Shown: piece by piece, positions 28,537-39,156 of the stretch | Layout of the letters: each line of letters begins with the position of its first letter | How positions within the stretch are numbered: position 1 is the stretch's first letter | NCBI GenBank assembly: GCA_041641295.1 | Contig: JBEPYO010000001.1 | Coordinates: forward strand, 410,776-474,775 | Source: Nitrososphaerota archaeon | GTDB lineage: Archaea; Thermoproteota; Nitrososphaeria_A; Caldarchaeales; Calditenuaceae | DNA: 64,000 bases | Direction: 5' to 3' | Position numbers and translations under genes: made by a program | Notes under the pieces: model-generated | The model's database searches: none | Told to the model about the DNA's origin: nothing | The model's input: only the letters and a program-made list of their open reading frames with translations

Positions 28537-29771
28537 CTCGCCATCGCTGAGAGAAGTGCAGCCGCCTTATGCTCCGTCTCATACCACTCTGCCTCAGGCT
28601 TACTGTCTGCAACCACCCCCATACCCACCTGAATACTCGCCCTCGTGCCAGAGTGGCCTAGAAGCGTCCTAATGGTTATAGCGAAATCAGCACTGCCGTT
28701 GAAGGAAATATATCCTACACAGCCCGCATAGGGTCCACGCCTCACAGGCTCAAGCTCATCAATTATCTCGATGGCCCTGAGCTTAGGAGCGCCAGTCACG
28801 GTCCCGGCGGGGAAGGTGGCCTCGAGGGCGTCTATTGCGCTCAAGCCAAGCTTTAGTTCTCCAACTACGTGGGAGACGAGGTGCTGGACATGGCTGTACC
28901 TATGCACCTCCATCAGCGAGGCAACCCTCACGGTCCCATACCTGCAGACCCGGCCAAGATCGTTACGCGCCAAGTCAACCAGCATTACATGCTCGGCCAG
29001 CTCCTTCTCGTCTCTCCTAAGCTCCTCCATCAATCTATCATCCTCTTCTGCACGCCCAGTCATCGGCCTGGTACCCGCAATCGGAAATGTCTCAACCCGA
29101 GACCCCTCGACCCTAACCAGCATCTCAGGACTAGTCCCAACAATCCACCTATCATCCAGCCTAAACACATACATGTATGGTGAAGGGTTAATCCGCCTCA
29201 ACTCCCTATAGTATCCCAGATAACTCCCCGCCACCTCTACGTCAATCCTCCTAGAAGGGACGACCTGGAGAACATCCCCAGCAGCAATATACTCCTTCGC
29301 CCTAACCACCATCTCCTCGAACTCCTCCTTCGAAATGCTTGACCTAACGCTGACGGCACGTAGAGGCTCCTCATCCCCCTCATCCCTCACCAACCTTTTG
29401 ACCTCCTCCCACTCTGCGCTCGGATCACGGCCATAGATGTATGCCTCATTCATCCGGTGGTCGAATATAATACCCCGGTCGTAGATCCCGAACTCCATCT
29501 CTGGAAAGTCGTGTCCCGCCTTCTCTCTGAACTGGATATCCTCCCAGTATTTCACAGTCTCGAAGGAGACATATCCAACGGCCCCGCCTAGAAACCTGAA
29601 TCTGTTCTCTCTATTCTTGGAGCTTAGAACGAGCTCTCCAAGAATCCGAATCGGGTTTTCAGCGTCTACCCTGAGCCTCACACCCTCCAACTTATCGAAA
29701 ACCTCAAGCACACCATCCTCGACGACTAGAGTCGCGACTGGATCCCAGCCAATAAAGGAAAATTCGGCCAA
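28533..29771 (-). CDS. trpE: anthranilate/aminodeoxychorismate synthase component I (TrpE/PabB)
   Basis: Chorismate-binding domain motifs are present (PxxxGGxVGYxSYD-like GGAVGYVSFE, and the C-terminal GAGIVADS-like GMGVVADS). TTG start, with a 4-nt overlap with trpG. Confidence 0.8.
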   Translation of the reverse strand: MAEFSFIGWDPVATLVVEDGVLEVFDKLEGVRLRVDAENPIRILGELVLSSKNRENRFRFLGGAVGYVSFETVKYWEDIQFREKAGHDFPEMEFGIYDRGIIFDHRMNEAYIYGRDPSAEWEEVKRLVRDEGDEEPLRAVSVRSSISKEEFEEMVVRAKEYIAAGDVLQVVPSRRIDVEVAGSYLGYYRELRRINPSPYMYVFRLDDRWIVGTSPEMLVRVEGSRVETFPIAGTRPMTGRAEEDDRLMEELRRDEKELAEHVMLVDLARNDLGRVCRYGTVRVASLMEVHRYSHVQHLVSHVVGELKLGLSAIDALEATFPAGTVTGAPKLRAIEIIDELEPVRRGPYAGCVGYISFNGSADFAITIRTLLGHSGTRASIQVGMGVVADSKPEAEWYETEHKAAALLSAMAR

Positions 29772-30060
29772 CTTTCTCGGCCCGGAAACAGACTCTAGCA
29801 GATAGGTGCGCTCATATTCTTTTGACAGTGCGCTGAAGATTTTGAAGGGTTGATAGCTGCAATCTATCTTCTCTACCTCAATATTCCGCTGACTTATCGC
29901 CTCTGCAAGGCCAAACTAAACCCCCTCTACTCAACCCTCGCAGACACCAGCCCCCATCGGCTATTTAATCCTTCACCACCCCCACGCGTGGAAAAGCCAT
30001 ACCGCAAGGCCAGACAGCGCTAAAATAGTGGCTTAAAACATATCGTGGTTGGGATAAGAT

Positions 30061-30456
30061 TTGAGCAGGCCAGCCGAGCTTGGATCAATCAAGGAGGGCA
30101 GCAACATCGTAATTGATGGCGAGCCGTGCCGCGTGGTCGAGGTTGAGAAGTCTAAGACAGGGAAGCACGGGTCGGCAAAGGTTAGGGTGGTGGCCATAGG
30201 CATTTTCGACGGCGTCAAACGGAACATAGTTGGCCCTTCGGACCAGAGGGTCGAGATACCGATAATCGAGAAGAGGTCGGGGCAGGTCGTAACGGTGGGC
30301 GAGGTGGTCTCGGTGATGGATAAAGACACCCTAGAAATAGTCGAGATACCGCTTCCAGCAGAGGAGGAGCTGAGGGCAAAGCTCGAGCCTGGAGCCAATG
30401 TCGAGTACTGGGTCGTCCTTAATAGAAAGATGATAAGTCAGGTACGTAAAGAGTAG
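30061..30456 (+). CDS. eif5a: translation initiation factor 5A (aIF-5A; hypusine-containing)
   Basis: Hypusine loop KTGKHGSAK, an SH3-like N-domain and an OB-fold C-domain. 131 aa, TTG start. Confidence 0.85.
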   Translation: MSRPAELGSIKEGSNIVIDGEPCRVVEVEKSKTGKHGSAKVRVVAIGIFDGVKRNIVGPSDQRVEIPIIEKRSGQVVTVGEVVSVMDKDTLEIVEIPLPAEEELRAKLEPGANVEYWVVLNRKMISQVRKE

Positions 30457-30520
30457 TATGCACTTTGTATGATGAGAATAGTAATTGATATTTAAGCTTT
30501 TCTACAACATTAAGCATAAC

Positions 30521-30530
30521 TATTTATACT
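30521..30530 (+). promoter_or_regulatory. candidate TATA box for the archaellin/pilin-like gene
   Basis: TATTTATACT lies about 30 nt upstream of the ATG at 30557, in an AT-rich intergenic region. This is consistent with leaderless transcription. Confidence 0.35.
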
Positions 30531-30556
30531 ACTGAAAATACACTATATTCCGCAGT

Positions 30557-31171
30557 ATGACAGCCGCAACATACAAACCCCATACAACACGCAAAGCAGC
30601 GCTGACAGGCCTCGAGACAGCGATAATACTGATCAGCTTCGTCATCGTAGCAGCTGCCTTCTCGTTCGCCGTCTTAAACCTCGGACTCTTCACTACACAG
30701 AAAAGTGGAGAGGTGGTCCAAGCTGGAATCGACGAGGCAACCTCGGCGATAGAGACGGTAGGCTCGGTGATAGCTAGGAGCGACCTTAACTCAGGGAGCA
30801 GGCAGGTGGCTAACGTTACAATATTCTTCAAGGTTGCTGTAGGGAAGAGGCCTATTGACTTGCGGGTCGGCTCTCTCGTGGTAACCTATCACGACCCGAG
30901 GACAAGCATCGAGAACGTATACACGAGCAATGCAACCGCACCTGTGATATCCTTCAGCTCCCCCGGCGTCATCGTAAAGCAGATTGTAGGTGATGGGGAC
31001 CATCTGATCGAGTTTGGAGAGCTCTGGTCGATAACTGTCGGTATCAGTGAGATGCAGTCTCTACAACCGACGGAGGTCTTCACTATTCAGTTGAAGCCGG
31101 TGATTGGCTCTGTGCTTAAGGTTGAGAGGAGGTTGCCGCCGTCCCTAGACCCGGTCATGGACTTGGCATAA
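30557..31171 (+). CDS. archaellin / archaeal type IV pilin-like protein (class III signal peptide)
   Basis: N-terminus RKAALTGLETAIILISFVIVAAAFSFAVLNLGLFTTQKSGEVVQAGIDEATSAIE matches the archaellin prepilin signal (G/LETAIIL after a basic residue) plus the conserved N-terminal helix (QKSG...ASGI-like). 204 aa. Confidence 0.6.
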   Translation: MTAATYKPHTTRKAALTGLETAIILISFVIVAAAFSFAVLNLGLFTTQKSGEVVQAGIDEATSAIETVGSVIARSDLNSGSRQVANVTIFFKVAVGKRPIDLRVGSLVVTYHDPRTSIENVYTSNATAPVISFSSPGVIVKQIVGDGDHLIEFGELWSITVGISEMQSLQPTEVFTIQLKPVIGSVLKVERRLPPSLDPVMDLA

Positions 31172-31207
31172 GAAACGATAATCTAACCGAGTACCTCCAC
31201 ACTCCAC

Positions 31208-32116
31208 CTATTTTTTGCCTTTATACCACTCAACGTATTTTTTCACTATAGACTCGAGGCTGGTTCTGGGCATCCACCCAAGTATCTGTCTCGCATTAGC
31301 TATGTCGGCCCAGCTCATCAGGGGTTCGTGCTGTGAAAGCTCCTCCAGCAATATCTCCGCCCCACTACACGTCTCCCTGAGGACTAGTTCCGCCAAATCC
31401 CTTACGCTAACAGGCTTACCACACCCGATATTCAGCTTGTAGACGCCGGGCTCGAGGAAGAGTGCTTTGACGGTCGCATCAGCCACATCCCCGACATAGA
31501 TGAAGTCTCTTGATGCGGGGACGAACTCGCCCCCGATCCATCGGCCCCTGACTACTAGCGGCCTTCCATCCACAGCGTTTTCTACGAATATCTTCAGGAC
31601 GTTTCGGCCACCCTCTCCAAGCACGTTGAAGTATCGTAGGATTGTCGCGTCGGTGCCGAAGCTCGCGTGGTAGTTTTGGGAGAGGAGTTCACAACAGAGT
31701 TTGCTGAGGCCGTATGGGTTCGTAGGTCTGACCTCTGCGTCCTCTCTAAGAGGAGGGGGAGCGTCTCCATAGACAGCTGCACTCGAGGCGAGCACAACCT
31801 TCTCCACTCCCAAGCGCCTCGCAGCCTCGAGGACGTTCAGGTGCACGGTGAAGTTGTTTTGGAGATACTTCTGTGGATGAAGCAGTGATTCGTGTACGTC
31901 GATGTATGCTGCAAGGTTCACCACACCTCTAACCCCGCGCATGGCCTCTAGGACTGTGGAGAATTCCGCGGCGTCTCCCCTAACGATCTCCACACCCTCC
32001 GGCAAGTGTCCACCAGCTTCAGCCTTATCCAGGACCCGAACACCCTCGCCCATAGAAGCCAGGGACTCGACAACCCGCCTGCCGATATAGCCGAGACCAC
32101 CTACGACAAGTATCAA
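31208..32116 (-). CDS. NAD-dependent epimerase/dehydratase (UDP-glucose 4-epimerase-like)
   Basis: N-terminal Rossmann ILVVGGLGYIGRRVV and catalytic YxxxK (YGLSK). 302 aa. Confidence 0.8.
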   Translation of the reverse strand: MILVVGGLGYIGRRVVESLASMGEGVRVLDKAEAGGHLPEGVEIVRGDAAEFSTVLEAMRGVRGVVNLAAYIDVHESLLHPQKYLQNNFTVHLNVLEAARRLGVEKVVLASSAAVYGDAPPPLREDAEVRPTNPYGLSKLCCELLSQNYHASFGTDATILRYFNVLGEGGRNVLKIFVENAVDGRPLVVRGRWIGGEFVPASRDFIYVGDVADATVKALFLEPGVYKLNIGCGKPVSVRDLAELVLRETCSGAEILLEELSQHEPLMSWADIANARQILGWMPRTSLESIVKKYVEWYKGKK

Positions 32117-32287
32117 TCAACAGAGGTGAGCGCGGAGGCATCAATATAATTATCAGCACGCTCCCAGCCTGCAAAGACTTATAAGTAGCCCATCTACACA
32201 TACACTTGGGCCAGGGCTCATAGGCGGCGCCACCGCCAAGGCAGGTGTAAAACACCTCAGCGATGAGGCGGTGACATCCGGCTCTGG

Positions 32288-32295
32288 CTATAATA
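32288..32295 (+). promoter_or_regulatory. candidate TATA box for the 16S rRNA transcript (an alternative is CTTATAAG at 32178..32185)
   Basis: CTATAATA lies about 43 nt upstream of the processing stem and 86 nt upstream of the mature 16S 5' end. Confidence 0.3.
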
Positions 32296-32337
32296 GGGGT
32301 GAAGACCTGAGGGACCATAAACGATCCTCAGGTCCAA

Positions 32338-32354
32338 TGTGGGCCGCTTCCGTG
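32338..32354 (+). other. 5' half of the 16S rRNA processing stem (putative bulge-helix-bulge helix)
   Basis: TGTGGGCCGCTTCCGTG is the perfect reverse complement of CACGGAAGCGGCCCACA at 33880..33896, which flanks the mature 16S. Confidence 0.55.
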
Positions 32355-32380
32355 CAGACCCCGCCAATAAAATTGGCCGG

Positions 32381-33871
<1,491 letters not shown>

Positions 33872-33879
33872 CAAAATCT

Positions 33880-33896
33880 CACGGAAGCGGCCCACA
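33880..33896 (+). other. 3' half of the 16S rRNA processing stem
   Basis: CACGGAAGCGGCCCACA pairs with 32338..32354. Confidence 0.55.
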
Positions 33897-33988
33897 CATC
33901 ACCCCTACATTTTTCTAAATACATTCCACAGATAGGCTTCTCTCTAAGCCTGTATACGATTACGATCACAATATTGTGATTAAGCCCG

Positions 33989-35116
33989 CTACTGGGCTAT
34001 TTCTTTTGGGCCCAGGCTTATTTTGGTTAGGTAGAGGTTTTCGTCGGGTCCGGGTGTGAGGAATATTTTGTCGGGGTATAGGATTGAGAGTTTGTTTATT
34101 GTGTCTCGGACCATTGTTGGCGTTGCTATTTGGTTGTTTTCGAGTAGTCTCATGCAGACCGCCATCTCTAGTAGGCTTACCTTTACCGGCCCGCCTAGCC
34201 AGGCTGACATTGTGTTGAATGTCTGGACTAGCTCTCTGTTTAACGCCTCCCTAGAGGGCCGGCCTGTGTAGGGGATGAAGAGCGGTGCTAGCATTGTGAA
34301 AATGTTTTCGCGGAGTCGTGATGGCGGGTAGGTGAGCGCCTTAGCCACCACCTCCTTATGGCTTAGAATCTGGTCAGAGACTGTGTACCGCCCTCTCCTG
34401 TATCTGTTGAGTATCCCCAAGTCGACGAGCCATTCGAGCCTGGGTGGGACCACGTGTCGGTACTTGGCGTAGAGGCTGCTTCTAATCCAGAGGGCCTTTG
34501 TGGCGTATTTCAGCCTCTCCTCCCTGAACCTCTTAGCCATCTCTATCTTAGAGAGAATCTCTCCCCGCGCCCTTTTCCCTGCCGCCGTTAGCAGCGATGC
34601 TAGAGCTTGGGGGTAGAGTTCCTCCATGACGTAGTTCATAGCGTCTATTCTCGCGAAGGTCTCGTGTTCTAATGCCCACCTGATTATGCCTGGGAGTATT
34701 AGGTAGTCTTGTGTGAGTAGTAGCCAAGTGAAGAAGACCTTGTCCACCGGTTTGAGTGAGATCAAGTCTAGGAGTGTTAGCTTCGTCTCTCCTTTGAGGT
34801 ATGCGTCAATAGGTGATATGCTCCGTGTGAAGGCGTAGATGATTCCATTCTCTCCGAGTCTTTGTGTTTGCCGGTTGATGAGACCCAGCTCTGCTGCAAA
34901 GGAGACATAGTTTCTCGCAGCCACCGGGCTCCGTATCAAACCTATGACGTCTTGCCCTACCTGATGCCCCTCTTCAAGCTTTTTCAAGCTCTCCTCCAAC
35001 ACGGCGGCGATAAATCCCGGAGAGACCTCTCTGCCGTGGGACTCGGTCTTGGCTGCCCCAACTATCAAGCGGAGGTAGCCGAGCCTACATACTTCGCCGT
35101 GAGTCTCAAGTATCAA
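33989..35116 (-). CDS. hypothetical protein translationally coupled to the upstream methyltransferase (candidate restriction endonuclease or other MTase partner)
   Basis: 375 aa with no recognisable family motif. Its start ATG overlaps the MTase stop (ATGA). GC is slightly below the window average. Confidence 0.4.
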   Translation of the reverse strand: MILETHGEVCRLGYLRLIVGAAKTESHGREVSPGFIAAVLEESLKKLEEGHQVGQDVIGLIRSPVAARNYVSFAAELGLINRQTQRLGENGIIYAFTRSISPIDAYLKGETKLTLLDLISLKPVDKVFFTWLLLTQDYLILPGIIRWALEHETFARIDAMNYVMEELYPQALASLLTAAGKRARGEILSKIEMAKRFREERLKYATKALWIRSSLYAKYRHVVPPRLEWLVDLGILNRYRRGRYTVSDQILSHKEVVAKALTYPPSRLRENIFTMLAPLFIPYTGRPSREALNRELVQTFNTMSAWLGGPVKVSLLEMAVCMRLLENNQIATPTMVRDTINKLSILYPDKIFLTPGPDENLYLTKISLGPKEIAQ

Positions 35117-36303
35117 GTCAGGGCAACACCCCTAAGCCGGGCCTCACCACCCCAATTAATGTTTACTTTGTTCTCAACCGCTTCTCCTTTCTCAAGCTCC
35201 AGTATTACTTCACCACTAACACCCTGCTTCGCGTCAAGATACATTAAATACTTGTTTTCTTTGGGTATGTTGTCGTAGACAATCCGCCTCACACCGAAGC
35301 CTGCCCTAACAGCTATTGGTTCCACAAACTCGGCTAGGTCTATACGCTCGCCATTCTTCTTGACAACGCCTAGCACGACTACGCATGCCTTATCCCATTT
35401 CAATACCCTGAATATTTCCCTGAAGACCTCGTCCATGAAGACTGCGAATTTTTGAAGGGAGTTTGAGTGGAAGAGCCTCTCCGCTACACTCTTATAGTCT
35501 TCTCCTAAGAACCATAGTCTTAGCCAGTTGTCCCAAGCGTATGTCTGCATGTTAAGGTAGGGTGGTGATGTGATGACGAAGTCGACAGACTCGTCCTGTA
35601 TTGGGAGGCTTCTCGCGTCATGGCTGTATGCCGCGCCATCCACGAGGTGGACGTGGGACTGGAGGACCCTTCTCGCCTTCATTAGAAGGCACTTGGGCAG
35701 GCTTCTGAGAGGCTTCTTCAGCCCTAATATTCTTTTAGACCTGGCAACGTATCCTGGAGACATGGAGAATGAGTGTGAACACTTCACCGATAGGCTAAGA
35801 CTGCTTGAGCCGTGTAGTATTCCGAGGATTAGCGCCTTGATGAACATTCCAGTCCTAGAGTAGTCATCCATTAAGAGCTCCCGCGCAGCTAGGATTTGCC
35901 TGAGGGTTTTCCTGTGATAGAAGACTTGAACCTCCTCGGGAACGTCATCATCGACTCCCCTCTCGAGATATTCCCTATTTCTCGAAACCCACTCCTCCAC
36001 CTGGCTGTATGTGATTGGCTGTACCTTCGCGTGTGTTAGCACATACGCCTCTGGCGCCAAATCGTTACCCACTCCCACCCGGCCTGTAACGCAGGCTTCA
36101 AGAGGGGCGGTCCCCTTCCCCGAGAAGGGGTCTAGGACCACATCGCCCGGTTGGGAGTATTTTACGATATAGTAGTGTGCCATGGCAGGTGGGAATGAGC
36201 CAGTCCTCGAGCATAGGCGGTGCAGCGATGACCCCCAAGCGTGTGGCGAATACTTCCAACTCCCGCTTAGTTCCCAGCTTGACACATGCTTTAACTCCAG
36301 CAT
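35113..36303 (-). CDS. DNA methyltransferase, N6-adenine/N4-cytosine family (SPPY catalytic motif)
   Basis: AdoMet-binding block PGDVVLDPFSGKGTAPLEACVTGRVGVGNDLAPEAY (the extended FxGxG motif of N6_N4_Mtase proteins) near the N-terminus. The catalytic DFVITSPPYLNMQTY (SPPY) lies about 190 aa later. The I-TRD-IV order suggests an alpha-like arrangement. Confidence 0.65.
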   Translation of the reverse strand: MLELKHVSSWELSGSWKYSPHAWGSSLHRLCSRTGSFPPAMAHYYIVKYSQPGDVVLDPFSGKGTAPLEACVTGRVGVGNDLAPEAYVLTHAKVQPITYSQVEEWVSRNREYLERGVDDDVPEEVQVFYHRKTLRQILAARELLMDDYSRTGMFIKALILGILHGSSSLSLSVKCSHSFSMSPGYVARSKRILGLKKPLRSLPKCLLMKARRVLQSHVHLVDGAAYSHDARSLPIQDESVDFVITSPPYLNMQTYAWDNWLRLWFLGEDYKSVAERLFHSNSLQKFAVFMDEVFREIFRVLKWDKACVVVLGVVKKNGERIDLAEFVEPIAVRAGFGVRRIVYDNIPKENKYLMYLDAKQGVSGEVILELEKGEAVENKVNINWGGEARLRGVALT

Positions 36304-36441
36304 CTCGCGAGCGAGGCAACCCTTGCACCAGCATCTTTAACTATTGAGACGATTCTAATGCATCAGACTACTATATTATATCCAGGTGTAATATACTGGG
36401 AATGTCGAGAGCCTCAGAGTGGAGCTCCTCTGCCTATTACT

Positions 36442-37011
36442 TCAGACTGTCGCCTTGAATATCGGGAGAATCCCTAGGTATTCCACATCTTCGAACACTC
36501 CACCCTCCAAGAGGATTGCAGCCTTCTTGCGGACCCTCCCACCAGCCATAACGACGAGCTTCTCCAATGCGGAGAGGGTCTCCCTTGTACTCACTATGTC
36601 ATCCACAATCCCCACATTTTTATCCTTGATGTATGGGACGTAGCGTCCATCAATGCAGAGCTTTATCGGGGCCTTGCTGGTCACTGGCTTGCACTCGGTG
36701 ACCAGCGGGTTTATCATGAAGGGCTTCAACTCTTTTCTCGCCACTATGTATCTCTTGTGGTCTAGGATTTTGGCGATCTCGTGAACTAGCGGTATGCCTT
36801 TGCTCTCCGACGTGACCAGTATGTCGCACTCCCTTAGCCTCTCTGAGAGCTTCTCGGCGCACTTGGATATGAACTCCCTGTCTCCTAGGCTGTCGAAATA
36901 GGCTATCCACGTGTCCTCTGCTACTTTGAGGAGTGGGAGCCTACGCCTGATGCCCTCAACCTCTATCTCGTAGTATTCCCTATTCTGGTAGGGGAGGATT
37001 ACCTCCTTCAC
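36442..37011 (-). CDS. type I phosphoribosyltransferase (purine/hypoxanthine-guanine PRTase-like)
   Basis: PRPP-binding motif VGIVDDIVSTRETLSA. 189 aa. Confidence 0.7.
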   Translation of the reverse strand: MKEVILPYQNREYYEIEVEGIRRRLPLLKVAEDTWIAYFDSLGDREFISKCAEKLSERLRECDILVTSESKGIPLVHEIAKILDHKRYIVARKELKPFMINPLVTECKPVTSKAPIKLCIDGRYVPYIKDKNVGIVDDIVSTRETLSALEKLVVMAGGRVRKKAAILLEGGVFEDVEYLGILPIFKATV

Positions 37012-37035
37012 GGCTGATAGCGTCTATGCTCTGGA

Positions 37036-39156
37036 TTAAAAGTTTAGCACGTCTTGGTCGCGGTGCTGGATTCCGAGGGTTTCGGCTATATATCGGATCG
37101 TGTGTCTCACTTTTAACCCGGTGAATTGTCTGAGCTGTTGTGCGCAGACGCTGCTCTCGGTTGCAATCTCCATGCAGCCTGTCCCCAGTATGATTTCCGC
37201 GACCCTCCGGCCTATCTCCGCGCTTATGAGGAAGCCTTCAGCACCCCGCCTCATCCCCCAGGTTCCGGCAATGCCGCAGCAGCCGTAGTCGAATGAAAGC
37301 ACGTTCAGCCCCACTTTCTTCAGAAGGTCTTCAGAAGGCCTGCCGGGTGATAGGAGTCTCGAGTGGCATGGGTGGTGGTAGAAGACGTAGGTGTTGGATT
37401 GTAGGCCGGTGCCCGGCGATAGGGACTTGGCTTCAGCAGCTATGAAGCTAGTGAGCTCCCAAGTATACTCCGCAACCCGCTGTGAGGCGGCCGTGTCTAG
37501 TATCTTTGGATATGCTTCGCGGAGGCAGTAGGCGGCTGTGGGCTCTGAGCAGACAATCCTCGCACCAGACTCTACGTAGCTTTTCAGCTTCTCGACGTTC
37601 TTTTCGGCGACCTTTTTAGCCTTTGAGAGGAAGCCATACTGGATGGAAGGCATTCCAGAGCCATACGTTCTCGGGACAGCTACTGTGAACCCTAAAGCCT
37701 CTAGGACCCTAACCACCAGTACCCCTATCCCCCAGTCTATATAGGCGGCATACGTGTCTGGGAAGTACACAATGTCGGCGTCTCTCCTGCTGAGATATCT
37801 TTCTCCTAGGATTCCGTAGAGGCTGCCTCCCCTGAACCTGTGCATCAGCCTCCGCCTATCTATGCCCAGCAGACCCTCCATGAGCCTTCTAGACACCCTG
37901 CTACCCTGGAGCCAGTTGAAGAGACGTGGCAGGCGCGAGCCCAGCTTGGCGTAAAACTCATAAGTCGTCAGTATTCTCTCCCGTAGAGTTTTTTCCCCAG
38001 CTGCATGCTTAATCCAGGATATCGTCATTGGGATGTCTATCTGGACAGGGCAGACGTGTAGGCATAGGCTGCACGAGACACAATACTTTGCTATCACGGA
38101 TGCGTCTTTGATGCCCTTCGTTATTGCAGTCCATGGAACACCCATCGGGCCCGAGTAAATGTCTCCGAAGACATGGCCACCCAATATGCGGAAAGTGGGG
38201 CAGACGTCCAAGCAGGCGGCGCACCTAATGCATCTGAGCGCATCCTTAAGCCAAGGATCCCTGCTCGCGCCCACGCGCCCATTATCCAAGAGCACGAGGT
38301 GGTATTCTGGCACCTTGACATGTCTCGACATTCCGCGGGGGCCTATAACTGTGATGTAGCTCGTCGCGTCTCTTCCCACAGCGCTTACAGGCAACACCCT
38401 CAACACGTTGAAGGCGTCATCCCAAGTCTCAACTATCTTCTCCACACCAGCAATAGAGACGAGTATTCTAGGCATAGTTGCGACAAGCCTTCCATTCCCC
38501 TCGTTAGTTACCAGTACTGCTTGCCCGGTCTCTGCAACCACAACGTTGGCACCTGTAATACCCATCCCCGCCCTTTTGAAGTCGGCCCAGAGGTCTTGGC
38601 GGAAGAATCTCGTTATCGCCTCCGGCTGTGGCGGAAGGTTAGCCCCCCTTTTCTCACTAACTAGTCTCGCAATCGCATCCCGGCTAAGGTGGACTGCTGG
38701 TGCGATGATGTGCGAGGGCCTCTGACCGGCCAGCTGGACGATCCTCTCGCCTAGGTCTGTTTCGACGACCTCGATTCCCCGGCTGAGCAGCGCCTCGTTA
38801 AGCCCTATCTCCTCAGTCGTCATGGACTTAGACTTGATTACGCACTTGACCCCTCTACTCTCGGCTAGACTGACGATGTATCTTCGCGCATCCTCCACCG
38901 TCTTGGCGACATAGACGTTTCCCCCCTCCTTCTTGGCAGACTCGACAGTTAGAGCTATGAGCCTCTCAAGCTCCTTGACCGTCTTCTCCCGCGACTCGAA
39001 GAGACCCGCCAGATATCCACGCTCCAGCCTCCCCATACTATCCCTGCTCCTCAGATGCATAGTTAGCATGCTGCGCCAGCGCGTCTCAATCTCCCACCTC
39101 TTCCCCAACGCCTCGAGGACTCTAGACTTATTCATCGAGCTCGACCCCCGCCACAA
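37036..39156 (-). CDS. LutB-like Fe-S oxidoreductase fused to a cysteine-rich CCG (LutA/GlcF-like) domain
   Basis: N-terminal LUD/DUF162 domain. Two 4Fe-4S motifs (CIRCAACLDVCP, CVSCSLCLHVCP). The C-terminal CCG-type cysteine-rich repeats (HHPCHS...GCCGIAG) resemble LutA/HdrD/GlcF. 706 aa. Confidence 0.7.
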   Translation of the reverse strand: MWRGSSSMNKSRVLEALGKRWEIETRWRSMLTMHLRSRDSMGRLERGYLAGLFESREKTVKELERLIALTVESAKKEGGNVYVAKTVEDARRYIVSLAESRGVKCVIKSKSMTTEEIGLNEALLSRGIEVVETDLGERIVQLAGQRPSHIIAPAVHLSRDAIARLVSEKRGANLPPQPEAITRFFRQDLWADFKRAGMGITGANVVVAETGQAVLVTNEGNGRLVATMPRILVSIAGVEKIVETWDDAFNVLRVLPVSAVGRDATSYITVIGPRGMSRHVKVPEYHLVLLDNGRVGASRDPWLKDALRCIRCAACLDVCPTFRILGGHVFGDIYSGPMGVPWTAITKGIKDASVIAKYCVSCSLCLHVCPVQIDIPMTISWIKHAAGEKTLRERILTTYEFYAKLGSRLPRLFNWLQGSRVSRRLMEGLLGIDRRRLMHRFRGGSLYGILGERYLSRRDADIVYFPDTYAAYIDWGIGVLVVRVLEALGFTVAVPRTYGSGMPSIQYGFLSKAKKVAEKNVEKLKSYVESGARIVCSEPTAAYCLREAYPKILDTAASQRVAEYTWELTSFIAAEAKSLSPGTGLQSNTYVFYHHPCHSRLLSPGRPSEDLLKKVGLNVLSFDYGCCGIAGTWGMRRGAEGFLISAEIGRRVAEIILGTGCMEIATESSVCAQQLRQFTGLKVRHTIRYIAETLGIQHRDQDVLNF

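Noticed and set aside
28771-29211. 146-aa and related plus-strand ORFs inside trpE
   Set aside because: They are antisense to the chorismate-binding enzyme CDS.
33872-36441. Possibility that the 23S rRNA lies just downstream of the 16S (a linked operon)
   Set aside because: The region is occupied by two overlapping protein-coding genes on the opposite strand with clear MTase motifs. No LSU rRNA landmarks are present.
38173-38664. 163-aa plus-strand ORF (and neighbours) inside the LutB-like gene
   Set aside because: It is antisense to a CDS with paired 4Fe-4S and CCG motifs.
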